A stretch of DNA of 63,739 bases, filler included, from Craspedostauros australis (lineage: Eukaryota), in the NCBI GenBank assembly GCA_030167865.1. It is 8 parts of 8 records of this genome, joined end to end, with 100 filler letters (N's around TTAATTAATTAA, not from the genome) between each part and the next. Parts side by side here need not be neighbours in the genome. Positions count along the whole stretch, not along the records: positions 1 to 14,941 come from JALAGF010004254.1; 7 more parts are not named here. One strand, 5' to 3'. The notes beneath the pieces are model-generated. The model was given only the letters and a program-made list of their open reading frames with translations, was not told the DNA's origin and did no database searches. Shown here piece after piece: positions 1 through 12,291 of this stretch; the first letter of the stretch is position 1; every line of letters starts with the position of its first letter. Made by a program: the position numbers and the translations under genes.

Positions 1-381
1 CTTTACAACGGTCTCGGCGTCAATGATTGGAAGAACGCCAACTACGACCTCACGACGGACTCGGAATCGGTCGTGCCGGTGTGTTCGAAACATGCCTATC
101 CGACGACTGATATGACGGACGATGCCGTGTGTTCGCGCGTGACTGCACCTGGCAATGCGACGATGGCGCCGACTACATTGTCCAGTGAAGGACCCACGCA
201 AGCGCCGGATGATTTCAATGTGACATCGCGGTGCGCTGGTGCGGGACGCAAGTTGCAGGCTGGTCAATCGCGGTGCAATCCAGATGCGGATAGTGACAGC
301 AATGATGGATCGGACGCGACACGCATGGTGACATCGTGGTTGTTTGCGGTGATGGCCTCATTCGTTGTTCTTGGAATGTAG
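1..381 (+). CDS. 3' end of a probable GPI-anchored or surface protein (5'-truncated by the window)
   Basis: Frame is open from base 1 (LYNGLGVNDWKNANYDL...) to TAG at 381. It ends in a small-residue omega-like region and a hydrophobic tail (SDSNDGSDATRMVTSWLFAVMASFVVLGM). Confidence 0.6.
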   Translation, partial: LYNGLGVNDWKNANYDLTTDSESVVPVCSKHAYPTTDMTDDAVCSRVTAPGNATMAPTTLSSEGPTQAPDDFNVTSRCAGAGRKLQAGQSRCNPDADSDSNDGSDATRMVTSWLFAVMASFVVLGM

Positions 382-725
382 CTCGTCAAGTACTCAACAA
401 CGTGCGAACGAACAAAGGAATGGATAGTTTACGGAAGCAATGTTGGGTTGAGTGTATTGAACTGAAGATAGTACTCTAGTATAGTTTTAAGTGTAACGTA
501 ACCTTGGTTGGCATGCCAGTTCGTTGGCACTGATTATGTGATTGTTACTGTTGCTGTTGAGGGTCTCGAGTCATGCTGATAACGGCGCTGCGGTTCTCCT
601 TGCTGCTGCCGTTGCTCAACCATGATTGATGTATCCAACTCCTCGTTGCGTGATCTTAACGTTGCAATTGGAGTAGATTGGAATGCCTCGCCCTGGATGA
701 TCCAGTCATCCAAGCACAACTATGC

Positions 726-1196
726 TCATCGCGCCTTATGCGCCGCGATGACACGCTCAGCGCGGCTCAAGAAGTTGTTCTTCTCCGCAGTCGTCACGAT
801 GCCATTGCCGACATGCTCGCAGATGATCTCGTCGATCTTGCGACACACCGCATAGTCTTGGTCGGCGCGCACCGACGCTTTACTCATCACCGAGCTGTTG
901 CTGAACTGCATCGCCGAGATGCTGGTAACCTTCATCGGACTCTGCTTCGCAGACTTGCGCGCGCGGCGTTGCTCCAGTTTCACCCAACGTTGATCCAACG
1001 TGCAGCTGGAGAGGCGCACCGTGGCGACTTCGTGGCACGTGTCGTTGCGCAAGAAGCGGATATCCAGGCTCTTGCCTCCGCCGCCAGGATGGCGCAGCAC
1101 GATGGCGGGGCGCATCTGAAAGCGGCTGGAGTTGACGATCACTTGGGCGCCGATGGGGAAGTCGGCTTGGGTTGGGTGTTGGGTGCGGTAAGACAT
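726..1196 (-). CDS. hypothetical protein, 156 aa
   Basis: ATG-initiated ORF preceded by a CA-rich leader like other genes here. The N-terminal half has an SH3/Tudor-like beta pattern (FPIGAQVIVNS...PAIVLRH...LDIRF). No family recognised. Confidence 0.45.
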   Translation of the reverse strand: MSYRTQHPTQADFPIGAQVIVNSSRFQMRPAIVLRHPGGGGKSLDIRFLRNDTCHEVATVRLSSCTLDQRWVKLEQRRARKSAKQSPMKVTSISAMQFSNSSVMSKASVRADQDYAVCRKIDEIICEHVGNGIVTTAEKNNFLSRAERVIAAHKAR

Positions 1197-1868
1197 GGCG
1201 GTTTGCGTGTGTACGTATTATATGTGTGTGTGTGTGTTTGTTTGTTGAACTGGTTGGCTTCTAAAGTCAAGTGAATTGGAAATTGTGAGCAACACATCAC
1301 TCTGCCAACTTTGTTTGGTTCACTTCATTTCATCGCAATCTGTCGTAATCTGTCGCAGTCTATCGAATTCTGTCAACATGTTCATGATCGCTCTTCGGTC
1401 CTGCATTCCATTGTTACGCCCATCGCTCATCTCAGCAACATGTGATCAGAGTCGACATCCATCAACCCTACTAAGATCGCGTTGACCACGACGTTGCAGG
1501 ATGATCATCTTTGTGGGTTTGGTGACAAGCAGACCTGGATCGCCAATGAGGTTCTGCATCCGACAACAACAACAGCAACGACGGAGACGACACGACATGT
1601 TTTCGCCGAAACCGGAGAACTTTGCGTCAAATACGTGACTGAATAATTACACAAGACTGAATCTGGAAGTAACCATGTCGTGGTATCATGCTGAGAACAA
1701 CGATACTACTCCATTGTGTTTGAAAATCGCCAAAAAAAACGGCTGGATTGATGTTGTTGACAACGTGCGCAGGAATGCACCTGCACAAGTCGCAATGGCC
1801 CCATTGAGAGATTCCATAAAAGTATCTCCTCCATCCCCATTCTGCTTACAAGCAACGGCATCATCACC

Positions 1869-3374
1869 ATGACGACGACAGCGACGACGACGACGATGAC
1901 GGGATCCGCAAGCACGAAGGCCAGCCTGGTGATATGCAGTTTGGTCCTTGTTGCCATTGCAACGTGGAGCAGCGAGAGATGGATGCTGGCTCCTTTTCGC
2001 GCTCTGCAGTCAACGAATACCCTGCAGCAGTCTGCCCGCGATGCAACTGTGTTGGATGCTATCAAAGCAGATGACGCGAGGGATGCCGCCGATGCGATTG
2101 TGGATGGGGCTGTTGTTGCAGAAACCACCACAAGCACAGTCGCAGCCACAGCTGCAGCCACAGAAACCGCCAATGCTGCCGCTGTTCCTTCAGAGACCGC
2201 CGAGCAGACGAGCGATGAAGCACCCACAGAAAGGCTGCCCGTGCGCACGGAGACGAGGATAGACAGGTACTGCCTCGGTACGGAATACGACGAGCCGCGC
2301 ACGGTGCAGTACGATCCCGATGTGACGCTCGATCTCAAGGTCCCATTCTACGTCTACGACAACGAGCTCAACATGGCCAACATGACGTCGTGCGGCGAGC
2401 CCATCGGCAGATCGTGGTATACGTACTTCAAGCACGCCGACGACTACTGGCTGCTGCAGAGCGCGCTGGTGCATCCCATGCGCACGCACGATCCCGAGGA
2501 GGCCAAGCTCTTCTTCGTGCCGACGTTGATGAACGCGCTGTGCGATTCCTTCATTTGGTATAATCGATATTACTGCATCCATGATGGCAAGACGTGCTTC
2601 GATAAGACGGTGTCGCCGCATGTGGGCTTCGACTGGGTCGATCAGGCGCTGGGGCGCTCCGAATACTTCCAACGATCCAAGGGCGCGGACCACATCCTCG
2701 TGCTGTCGCATTACTTGACGCAAAACATCGGCCCGTTCTTCATGGACCTGGAGAATCTGATGCTGTGCAACCGCATCACGTTCCACAACTTCGCGCAACG
2801 ACGTGAGAACAGCCAACTACCCCCGCGCTTGGAAATGCCGCATCTCTACATCGCCAACAAGGACGGCTGCAAACCCACAACGCCGGGCCAAAAGAATGCC
2901 GATTTCGCCATGATCGCCAGCCTCAAACCGCACGATCCCAACTTCCGCGATCGCAGCAACGTCTGCAACTGGCTCAAGGACGGCAACTACTCCTACGACG
3001 TCTGCGGCAAAGGCGACATGTGTCCCTACCTCGCCGACGCCAAATTCGGTCTCCACGTGCGCGGCGATGACGTCGGCGCCCACCGCCCCTTCGAAACGGT
3101 CGCCAGCGGCACGGTGCCCCTCTTCACGTTGATGGAACAGTACGACCTCATGCCGCCATTCGCGCCGTTCGAGGAAATGAGCTTCTTCGTCAACGTCTCG
3201 ACGCCGGAGACGTTCCATGCGTCGTTGCAGGCCGTGCTGGCCGTGTCGGACGAGGAATACAATGCCAAGTTGGCCGCCATTGCGAAGTACGCCAACTTCG
3301 TTGACGTCAAGACGGGGGTTCCCTTTGATGCGTACATGACACATTTCGCGCGGGGGTTGAAGTTGCAAGACTGA
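1869..3374 (+). CDS. exostosin-family (GT47) glycosyltransferase, type II membrane protein
   Basis: N-terminal TM helix and Ala/Thr stem. GT47-like motifs: FYVYD, RTHDPEEAKLFFVP, YFQRSKGADHILV, AKFGLHVRGD, PFETVASGTVP. Confidence 0.85.
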   Translation: MTTTATTTTMTGSASTKASLVICSLVLVAIATWSSERWMLAPFRALQSTNTLQQSARDATVLDAIKADDARDAADAIVDGAVVAETTTSTVAATAAATETANAAAVPSETAEQTSDEAPTERLPVRTETRIDRYCLGTEYDEPRTVQYDPDVTLDLKVPFYVYDNELNMANMTSCGEPIGRSWYTYFKHADDYWLLQSALVHPMRTHDPEEAKLFFVPTLMNALCDSFIWYNRYYCIHDGKTCFDKTVSPHVGFDWVDQALGRSEYFQRSKGADHILVLSHYLTQNIGPFFMDLENLMLCNRITFHNFAQRRENSQLPPRLEMPHLYIANKDGCKPTTPGQKNADFAMIASLKPHDPNFRDRSNVCNWLKDGNYSYDVCGKGDMCPYLADAKFGLHVRGDDVGAHRPFETVASGTVPLFTLMEQYDLMPPFAPFEEMSFFVNVSTPETFHASLQAVLAVSDEEYNAKLAAIAKYANFVDVKTGVPFDAYMTHFARGLKLQD

Positions 3375-3938
3375 GTAGAGGAGGTTGTGTGGTGTGTATG
3401 TGATACTGTAGGTACATATAATGAACATATTAGTAGCAGTAGGAGTGGACTTTCGCTTGATTCGTTATATTAGACGTAAAATGAAAGTACAGAAGTAGTT
3501 GTTCGCGAGTGCGACAACAGACATCGAACAGATGCCGACGCAGAAAGCGAACACGACAACGCACAAAATCATCATCATGAGAGAAAGGCACCACCCACCA
3601 ATTCTCGCAGAATCCGCAACAACGAGAAAGGCAGGAAGCGCGCCAAAGTGCCATCGGATTGCATCGTGGATCATCTTCGCAGAAGCAGGTCGCACAAGTG
3701 CAGCACAAGTGCAGCACAAGTACAGCACAGTACGAGGCAAGGGTGACACGGACAGAGGGAGCAGCGACGATACCAGGTGAGGCAAGCAGAGGGGCACAAA
3801 AACGCAAGTCTCAGCAACAAAAGAAGGCACCGCTGACAGCAAGAGCCACGATTTCCCCCTCTCCCTCTCTATTCTCGCTGGGCCGTCCCATCTGCCAAGC
3901 TGACGTCGTCTTCGACTCGAACGACGTGGGTCGGCGTC

Positions 3939-6900
3939 GTGCTTCTGTGCACGTCCCTGCCGCTCGTCGTTGCGTTGGCATCGCTGTTGGCTCCGCTCGG
4001 TGCAAGATCGTTCGCAGCACTGCGGGCCGCATCGGTCTCGGAATTCGCGCCGGCCTTGGAGGAAGTCTTGGCCTCCGAACTGGATCTGCTGGACGCGTTT
4101 GAGATCCAGGCCAAGCAGATCCCGCGCAGGTCGCAGCAGGCGCAGACCGGCATCGTCCTGCAGTGCAATCCGGCCAATTCGAGGTTGCAGCAGTTCGTCC
4201 AGCCGACTTGGCAACGCCAGCGCCATCTGCCGCATTTGGCGCATCACGACTTCATTCCCACAGCTTCCACGGTCCATTCCGCACATATCGGTTTCACCGC
4301 AACTCCCCATCGATTCAACACGTGCGAAGGCGGCAACAACATTGCGGAGCCTCCTTATACCAACAATTATATCAACAATCAAGCAGGTGCAGAGATTGCA
4401 ACTCACGGGCACGAGAAGCCAAAGGCGATCGATCTGGCCAAGATCCTGCGCACGCACAGCAGCATGGCGAGCCTCACGCCCCTCACGACGAACGACCGCG
4501 ACGACAAGTTCTACAAACGCCTGCAGCGAAACTACGAGACGGTGCAAGCGTGGGATGCGAGTCCCGAGCTGCTGCAGCAACGCCGCGAGGAGCTGCCGTG
4601 GGAGTTCCTGCGCACGGGCCATGGCATGCCGGACCTCGATGGCACCGTCGCCGAGCAGCACAAGGGTCATTCGCATCTGGTCGCGCTGCAGCGCCTCGTG
4701 CGGTGGTTCCAACAGTCCATGACGTGGGTCAACACGCCGCCGTGCGTGGATTGCGGGTCGGCCAACTGCAAGCTGGAGAAGATACGCGGCCCCGTCACGC
4801 AGGAAGAGCGCATGCATCAGGCCAACCGCGTCGAGGTCTATCGCTGCGGCGACTGCAACTCCACCAACACCATCTTTCCAAGGTACAACAACGTCACCAA
4901 ACTCTGCGAAACGCGCAAGGGCCGTTGCGGGGAGTACGCCAACCTATTCGGCCTCACGTGCCGCGCGGCGGGATTTGAGACGCGCTACGTCCTGGACGTC
5001 ACGGACCACGTCTGGACGGAGTGCTACATTCCCTCGTTGGAAGAGTGGGTCATGGCCGACGGCTGCGAGGGCATCATCAACGAACCCGGCATGTACGAAC
5101 ACGGCTGGGGCAAGCAGGGTCTGTGCTACATGATCGCCATGGGCATCGATCACATCCTCGACGTCACACCACGTTACACGCGCAACTTCCTGACGCCCGC
5201 ATTGCAGGCCGCGCGCCGCAATCACACGTCGTCCGAGTTGGTCAGCACGCGGCTGCTGGATCATTTCAACGCGACCTTGCAAAACAATTTGACGCAAGCG
5301 CGGCGCGATGAGCTCCACGTGCGGCGGCAACGCGAGATGCGGGCCCTGGAGGTGTGCCAGCAATCGACGGCGTGGGATCGGCAGCAGCAGTACAATTTGG
5401 GACGCATCAGCGGATCGCTGGAGTGGAAGCAGTCGCGGTCGGAAGATGGGGGCCAGGCCTCGCACGAGGATGAGGATCACGGTGCGAAGATTTACGGATT
5501 TCAAGTCGAATCCTTCGTGCCGCAGCAAATGATGACGGCGGAATCCAAAAAGACCATCACGTTGTCCGTGCATCATCCGGACCTCGTCGTCAAGGACAAT
5601 CGCCATCCGCGCCATGGACAAATACAGGTCTGCAACGTGCCATGCGCCGCCGAAGGACCCAACGACGACGACACGGAAATCGCCGTCTCCGTCGTCGTCC
5701 TCGATGATGCGCCGCTTGGTTGCATCTTGCAATGCAAGGCATTTGAAACGTGGCACGACTTGGCGCACTTCGTCTCGCGCCTCAAACCCAACAAGATCGT
5801 CATTGCGAATGGCGTGTGCAAGACCTGTGCGAGCGAGGATGATGACGATCTGCGCATGCTGAAGGAGCGGCTGGGCGGATGGTCGTTGGATGTGAATGGC
5901 ACGACAGATGAAGAAGCTCATGGATTTGCATACATTGGCATGGTGGATTGCAAGCCGGATTGGGCGACGTGGAAATCGCATGACGACCTGGCCACGGCAG
6001 GATACCAAATTCAGCTGCAGCACGTTGACGACAGCGAGACTGTCCCATGGAAGCTGCGCACGGTTCCGCAAACGCAGCCCAAGGCCGTCATTGGCCGTCT
6101 GCCCGAATCGGTCATGCCGCTTGCCACGCAGCAGTTGGCGACGCAGGAACAGAAACGCACCGCATTCTTGTCCTACTGCTCATCGCCGTGGCACAAGGAT
6201 CGCATGTACTCGGGGTACACGACGAAGAACGGCTCCCCAGTCTACCTGCTGGGTCCGTCATCCTTTCCATTCCATCCAAGCCACACCAGCAGTCCAGAGG
6301 ATGCGAGTGCCGATGCGGATGGTTGGAGCACGTACTACTTCCTACCAGAAGACATGGTGACATCATCCGAACAAGACGTGGTGCACGCTGAAACGCCAAA
6401 GAAATCAGGAAAGCAGCTCGACTTCGACATTCCGTTGGATACTCAGTTCTTCGACAATGCGCTGGGCGATCAGCTCATGGTCAACGGCTTCACCTACCAC
6501 GATCGTCTCTCGACGCCCTTCGCTCTGCACAACACGCGATTGGTCGGCCTCTACTTCTCCGCGCATTGGTGCGGCCCCTGCCGGCGCTTCACGCCCATGC
6601 TGGCAGAAATGTACACGCATCTCAGGGACGCAGGACTTGAGATTGTCTTCGTCAGCAGCGATCGCGATGAGGCCAGCTTTCAGCAGTACTACGGCTCCAT
6701 GCCGTGGAAGGCGGTTCCATTCGATCGTATCACGGCGGGGGTGAAACAGCGGTTGAGTTCCACGTAAGTGTGATGGATGTGTGCATGTGCTTGTTGTGTG
6801 AATTGTGTGCATCTGTATGCATTTTGTTGCTTACCATGATGCATTCATTGCACATATCTCCACCACCACCGTCATCACTCTCTTCTTCTTGATGAATGTG

Positions 6901-7788
6901 TGTCGCAGATACGGAGTCCGTGGCATCCCTAGTTTTGTCGTGTTGGATTCCATGTCGGGGGAAATCGTGGTGCCGGCCTCCGAAAGCAGAACGGACATCT
7001 CCATGGCATGCCAGAGGGGCGAGGAAGGCATCGAGCGCATGATGGACTCCTGGCTGGCACGCATTCCACGACAGAGTCAAGAAATGCTTCGCATGCTGGA
7101 GCTCTCGTGCGAAACTGTCAACGGCGATCAGACCAAGGAGCACAACAGTCCAAGTCAGCACGACCAGTATGTGTTTATGGAAACACCCAAACGGCTCCCC
7201 AAGCAACCGACCACCAACGACGAACTGAAGGAGAATGTGAAAGAGCTATTCGCCAAGTTCATCGCACAAGGCGCGGAGCCAACGACGGCAGCCGCGCAGG
7301 CCATCGAAGCTGTCGCTGCTCAGCAGGAAGGCACTGCGCAGCCGTACATGGAACCGGGCAGTCTCGACGGCGCCGCGGTGGGGAAGGGATCGGTGGACTG
7401 GACAAACGTGGACACGAAGATCAATCACACCATGGGTGATATTCTGAAATTCAACATGTCGGACGACGTCAAGCTCGTTTTGAACACAGCAGTCAAGTAC
7501 CTCAAGAATTGCGCCAAGAAGCCATGCAATCCGAAGTTCCGCATCATGAAACTATCGAACACGGTCGCTGATCGCATGTTCCGAATGCCTGGGGGCGTGC
7601 AATTGCTGGAGGCCATCGGTTTCGAAGTGTTCGGAACGAGCCAAGACTTTGTGGCGGCCATCCCGCTGACTATGGAGTTGGAGAAGGTGATTCAGAAGTG
7701 TCAAGAGCTCGTCGAAAAGGTCGATGCTGACACGCACGCCATCGCATTCTCCACCGCCGAAGTCGAAGTCGCGCCCATCGAGAAGTGA
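3939..7788 (+). CDS. PNG1: peptide:N-glycanase (transglutaminase-like core) fused to a nucleoredoxin-type thioredoxin and a C-terminal PUB domain; intron 6764-6908
   Basis: PNGase motifs: [10 protein letters not shown], Zn pairs CVDC and CGDC, FPRYNN, catalytic [10 protein letters not shown] / TDHVW / MADGCE, YEHGWGK, DVTPRY, GRISGS. Trx: [18 protein letters not shown]...EIVFVSSD, completed by splicing GTAAGT(6764)..GCAG(6908) to [43 protein letters not shown]...[11 protein letters not shown]. Start uncertain; first in-frame ATG is at 4464. Confidence 0.9.
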
Positions 7789-8094
7789 AAGTGAGGCGAA
7801 GTTGGTGGTTTGATGGGTGGACGGATGAAAGGACCAGAACATCCGAAGTCGCGATGTATATATGGAGTCTCAATGTTAATGTTGATGCAGTGCTTTCGCC
7901 GCCGGATCCGACGGTCATAACGCAAGTGTAGAAACAAGTGTACAAATATGAGTGCAAGTAAATGTGGACCACCAGTGCACGACGACACCTTGCAAGTCGA
8001 ATCAGTCATGACACGGCCCATCCGCTATACTACGAGCTAGTGCAAGTACGAGTGCAAGTTCAAGTGCTCTCTATTGGTTGTTCTATCGCATTCT

Positions 8095-11000
8095 TCACCG
8101 CGCCAGGTCTCTCCATAGCTCTGGAAACAGCTCGTCGGGGATTTCAATGTCGTGGCGGAATGCCCTCTTGTCGAACATGTCCGAGCGCAGCGGTTTGGCC
8201 ACGAAGCTGAGATCAGATCCGCGGAAGGAGCGAATGCGACTCAGGATCTTGGCATCTATGTTTTGATTGCGATTCAGGTGCATGATAACGACATCGAACG
8301 TCCGGTTGGCCTTGTGAGCGGATATCACCTTGCATGGCAGCGACTGCCGGCCTACGAGCTGAGCCAGTTCGAAGCCTTCGTGCTGCCACGCGATGCCTTC
8401 GTAGGCCAACGTCACTTTGCCCTTTGGAGTTCGATCCAACTGAGCGGCCTGGCTGCCACGCTGGGCGATGAAGATCATCTCCGCATCCTCGTACTCGGAG
8501 GACTGGTGCATCGCGCATCGCGTGTAATGATCCTCCGACCATTCGTGGATCTCTGGATTGAACCTGTTTTCCGGAAGGTTCATATCGAAGATGACCTTGG
8601 ACGATTTGTAGCACGGTCCGTTGATCTCGGCGCACGGATTCTGCCACTTCGCGACGTGGTCGTTCCAGGCATCTTCCCATGCCTGCCCGTAATCCATGAA
8701 GATTTCTTCGTCCGCTTCGATGTCCCTCGTGGCCACAAAATCCATCACGACCGTGGAGTACTTTTGCTTCGCGAGATCCTCCAAGGGAAGATTGAGGAAG
8801 TAAGTGCTCTTCTTGTTCCACGTTGCCCATTGCATTTCGGCATTGGGACCGGCCTTGTTATCGTTAAGAGCATTGGTGGTCTGCTGACTCTGGGTGACCT
8901 GACGGTTGCTTTTGTGGTTGATGGCGATGGCGTGAGTGGAAGGAATGAAATGAACGCTAGACTCGTTGTGTCCCATCATGTAGTTGTAGAGCAGCTCTTT
9001 GGGGTTGGCATGATCTGGGACATTGGGTCCGTCAAACTTGTACGGCTGTTCGCCGAAGGCCGGCAGCAGCGGCGCCGTAATAATGGTGGATCCCTTGGGG
9101 ATGAACCTGCGGGCGAATGCGCCTCTGCCCGCCTGCTCGATGGTGCTCTGTTTGACGAAGATGTGGTCCAAGCATTGCCCATTCTCCTCGAACCACTCCC
9201 GCGAGCGCACGGCGGATGTGGAGGGCGCGGTGCCGTTGATGGCAACGATCTCCTCCAGCTTGGAAACGGTGGTGGCCAAGCCAAGTGCCGATTTGACGCG
9301 CAGGTCTGACACCACCGTCGTGCGCACAACCTGCATCAATTCTTCGATGCCTGCATCCGACACGCTGGCGTTGCCAAACTGACGCAGCGACCAGTACATC
9401 GCGTAGATCAGATCCGCAGCCTGGAAGTCATTGAGCAACGGGACATCCTTGAAGTCATCTCGCACGCGGAACCAGCTGTCACCGTAGCTCGTGAAGAGCT
9501 CGCGTCCAGCAGGGATCGGGTGGATGCTGATATGGGCGTTGGCAACGTAATCGCTGAACGCGCCCGCACCGGGATCCGTTTGACGATCCAGCGTCGGATG
9601 ATGAATTGGAGGTTTCAATTGAATATTGTTGATGCCCGGGTGGCAATTTGTGAGACTTCCGAAAAGGACGGAGAACAGCGCGGCCGAGAGATCCTTCCCC
9701 ATCTCGAGAGGGTAATTGGCCGTGTGCCCGCTCCACACGTAGTCCTTCATGATCCATGAGAATTTCTGACCGAGCCCGGACGTGTCCGCTGTCATGAGGC
9801 CCGGATGGTACGATGCGATGGGGAGGTTGCCAGCGGGCACATCCACGGCCGTGTACATGCCGAATCCTGCGTTCGGGATCGTGCTGGGCGCAATGTACGC
9901 CCCGCATGGCACGGAGCGCAGACTCTTTTCGTACAACTTCTCTGCGTCCTCCACTGAATCGTTGCTGACTGCCGTCACCCCCAATCTCCACGATTCGGCT
10001 GTCGTGTAATCGTCACGCCAATGCAGCGGGAACATGGCATCCGAGATGGGAATGTGATGCCGAAACGCCCACGGTTGGTGCTGATCCGAGGAATAAGCAC
10101 GCGGGACGTAGAAGATGCGATCCCTGGGACAGTTCTTGTACCTGCGGATGATGCGATTATCCTTCAGGTGTTTGGCGTACACGGTGATGGTGAAGGTCGG
10201 GATGGATGGGTTGGAGGGGCGTTCCACGTCGCATGGGTACATCCGAATTTGGCGGTTCTTGTCGTCCGTGTACCACGACAGATGATCTGGTTCCCAGTTC
10301 GCAGCATCCATGGCGACGTTGGCCGAGAACTCCTCTATCTGCGGGATAACGTTCGAAGGATACTCCTTGATGAACGGGTACAAGTCGCATTCGTACGTGA
10401 TCGGGTTGTCCAAGAGCTCATAGGACATTGACAGGGTTCGATTCTCCAAATTCCATTGATCTGAGGGGTTGGGCTTGTGCATTGCAACGCGTTTGGACGT
10501 TGCGTCGGTGTGCTGCTGGAAGGCACGTTCCCATTCGTCACCGTAGTCAATGAAAATCTCCTCGCCCTCCGCGATCTCGCGCGTCGCCACGACATCGAAT
10601 GCCACTGGGGTATTGTACGTGGATAGATCGACAATGTCAAACTTCAATGCCTCCAGATCCTCCGTGACGACTTGGCCTTGATGTTGACGGCCGTTGATGT
10701 TGGAGGAGGATGGCATCCACACCAGTTTGGCGTTGGCACGTTGCTTGGAATGGTTGATCAGCGCCAGGTTCGTGGTGGGACACAGACGCAGTTGGTTTTG
10801 CTCGTGATGGCCGAAGCAGTAGTTGAGGAACAGCTGCATAGGGTTGGTGTCTGGAAGTTCATCTTCGATGTCGTTGTCCGTCACAAGGAGCTGTTGCTTG
10901 GCTTTGAAGATGCTTTGTGCATCGAATACTGGAAGCAACGGAGCAGGCGTGACGAGCTGTCCAGTTTGCAAGTCCCTCGTCGCGAATGCTCCTCGCTTTG

Positions 11001-12291
11001 GTTGATTTTGTGCTTCCTGCTCCGGTTGATGTTGCTGTTGCTTTTGTTCTGGAGTATTTGTCCTCGTCGGTCCCTCCCGAATGTTGTCCATGCATTTGCC
11101 CTGCGATTGGATATCTTCCAACGACCGTCGCAGCAAGTTGGAACGCGCCGTGCCCTCCGCATGCGCCATTTGCAAGTCCTGCTGTGTGCTGGGCAGCAGC
11201 ATGGCCACCAATGGTTCGTTGCGCAACAAATCACGCTTGGTGCGACGCAGCACATCCATCCATTGCGCCTGCGTCAGTTCCAGATCGCTGTCCACGAAGC
11301 TGCGCACCAACGTGTCGGCGCGTTGGTAGGTGGACTTGGCAAACATGGCGTGGGGATGCGACTGATGCTGCAGAAAGTCTGCCAGCGAGATGCTGTTGCG
11401 CGATTCTGGTATCGATGACAGGATGGTGCGGTCGACGAAGAGTTCCTCGCCCGCTTGAATATCACGTTTGGCGATCATGGTGAAGCCATGGTAGGCGGTT
11501 TCCGATCCCAGCACCGCGCTTGGGGTTGCGTCGCCGTCTCTTGTCAGTCCGGACGGCATCACTGTGCGTTGGCAGGTATGGAAAATGAAAACATGCACAC
11601 ATGTACGGGTAGATATCGACGCATGTGAGAGATGTGATAAAGACTTACTCAATGTACTGCTCAATGTGCTGCTCAATGTGCTGCTCAATGTGCTGCTCAA
11701 TGTGCTGCTCAATGTGCTGCTCAATGTGCTGCTCAATGTGCGGACCATCTGCAGTTGTATCCCATGCACCGCGCTCAACCGTGCGTTCGATCATTCATCC
11801 ATGCATACATCCATTCACGCCCATATCTCAATCAATCAAGCAATCATTCACTCAATCAATCACGTACCATTTTCCAGATAGGAATGATGATTGGCCATGG
11901 AGGCGATGCCCGGAAGAAACAGCATGGCCTCCTGGGCTTCCGTGGATCCACCGACACTCTGCGACGGCCACAGGTAATCGTTGAGGGGTGAGTTGAGGGG
12001 CGCCGCATGCCCCGCAACCGTCACGTTGCGCAGATGCAGCGGCTTGATCCTGCCACGTTCGCCAAACAGACCGGAGAAGTGATCATCGATGTGGACGTCC
12101 AGCAGCACGATGCCGATGGACGGCGGACCGATGCGGTCGCCTTTCGCGATGTCCTTCGTCGTGAAGACGCCATAACCGCCGTTGGGGATGGTGCTGTCTG
12201 CCAGCATGATGTCGCATTCCTGCGTTGCACGTGCATCGGCGCATGCAACGAACTGCAGGATGCCTGCAATCACGAGTGTGAGTCGCATCAT
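8095..12291 (-). CDS. signal-peptide protein with four SET-like domains (diatom BacSET-like methyltransferase); exons 12291-11868 and 11561-8095
   Basis: Signal peptide MMRLTLVIAGILQFVACADA. SET motifs recur four times: G(Y/R/F)G.(F/Y) start (three preceded by STI), NH/NCH, and A.R.I..GEE(I/L)F.DYG or variants. Intron GTACGT(11867)..CACAG(11562) joins SYLEN-V-MPSG in frame. Confidence 0.85.
11648..11740. repeat. 12-bp minisatellite (CTGCTCAATGTG) x ~8 inside the SET-gene intron
   Basis: Tandem copies are directly visible. Confidence 0.95.

Noticed and set aside
3465..9309. Long antisense ORFs (e.g. 3465-4817, 4944-6071, 8152-9309)
   Set aside because: Shadows of GC3-rich genes on the opposite strand, with no motifs.
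11648..11740. Regular repeat as a possible CRISPR array
   Set aside because: Head-to-tail copies without spacers, in a eukaryotic intron, with no cas genes.
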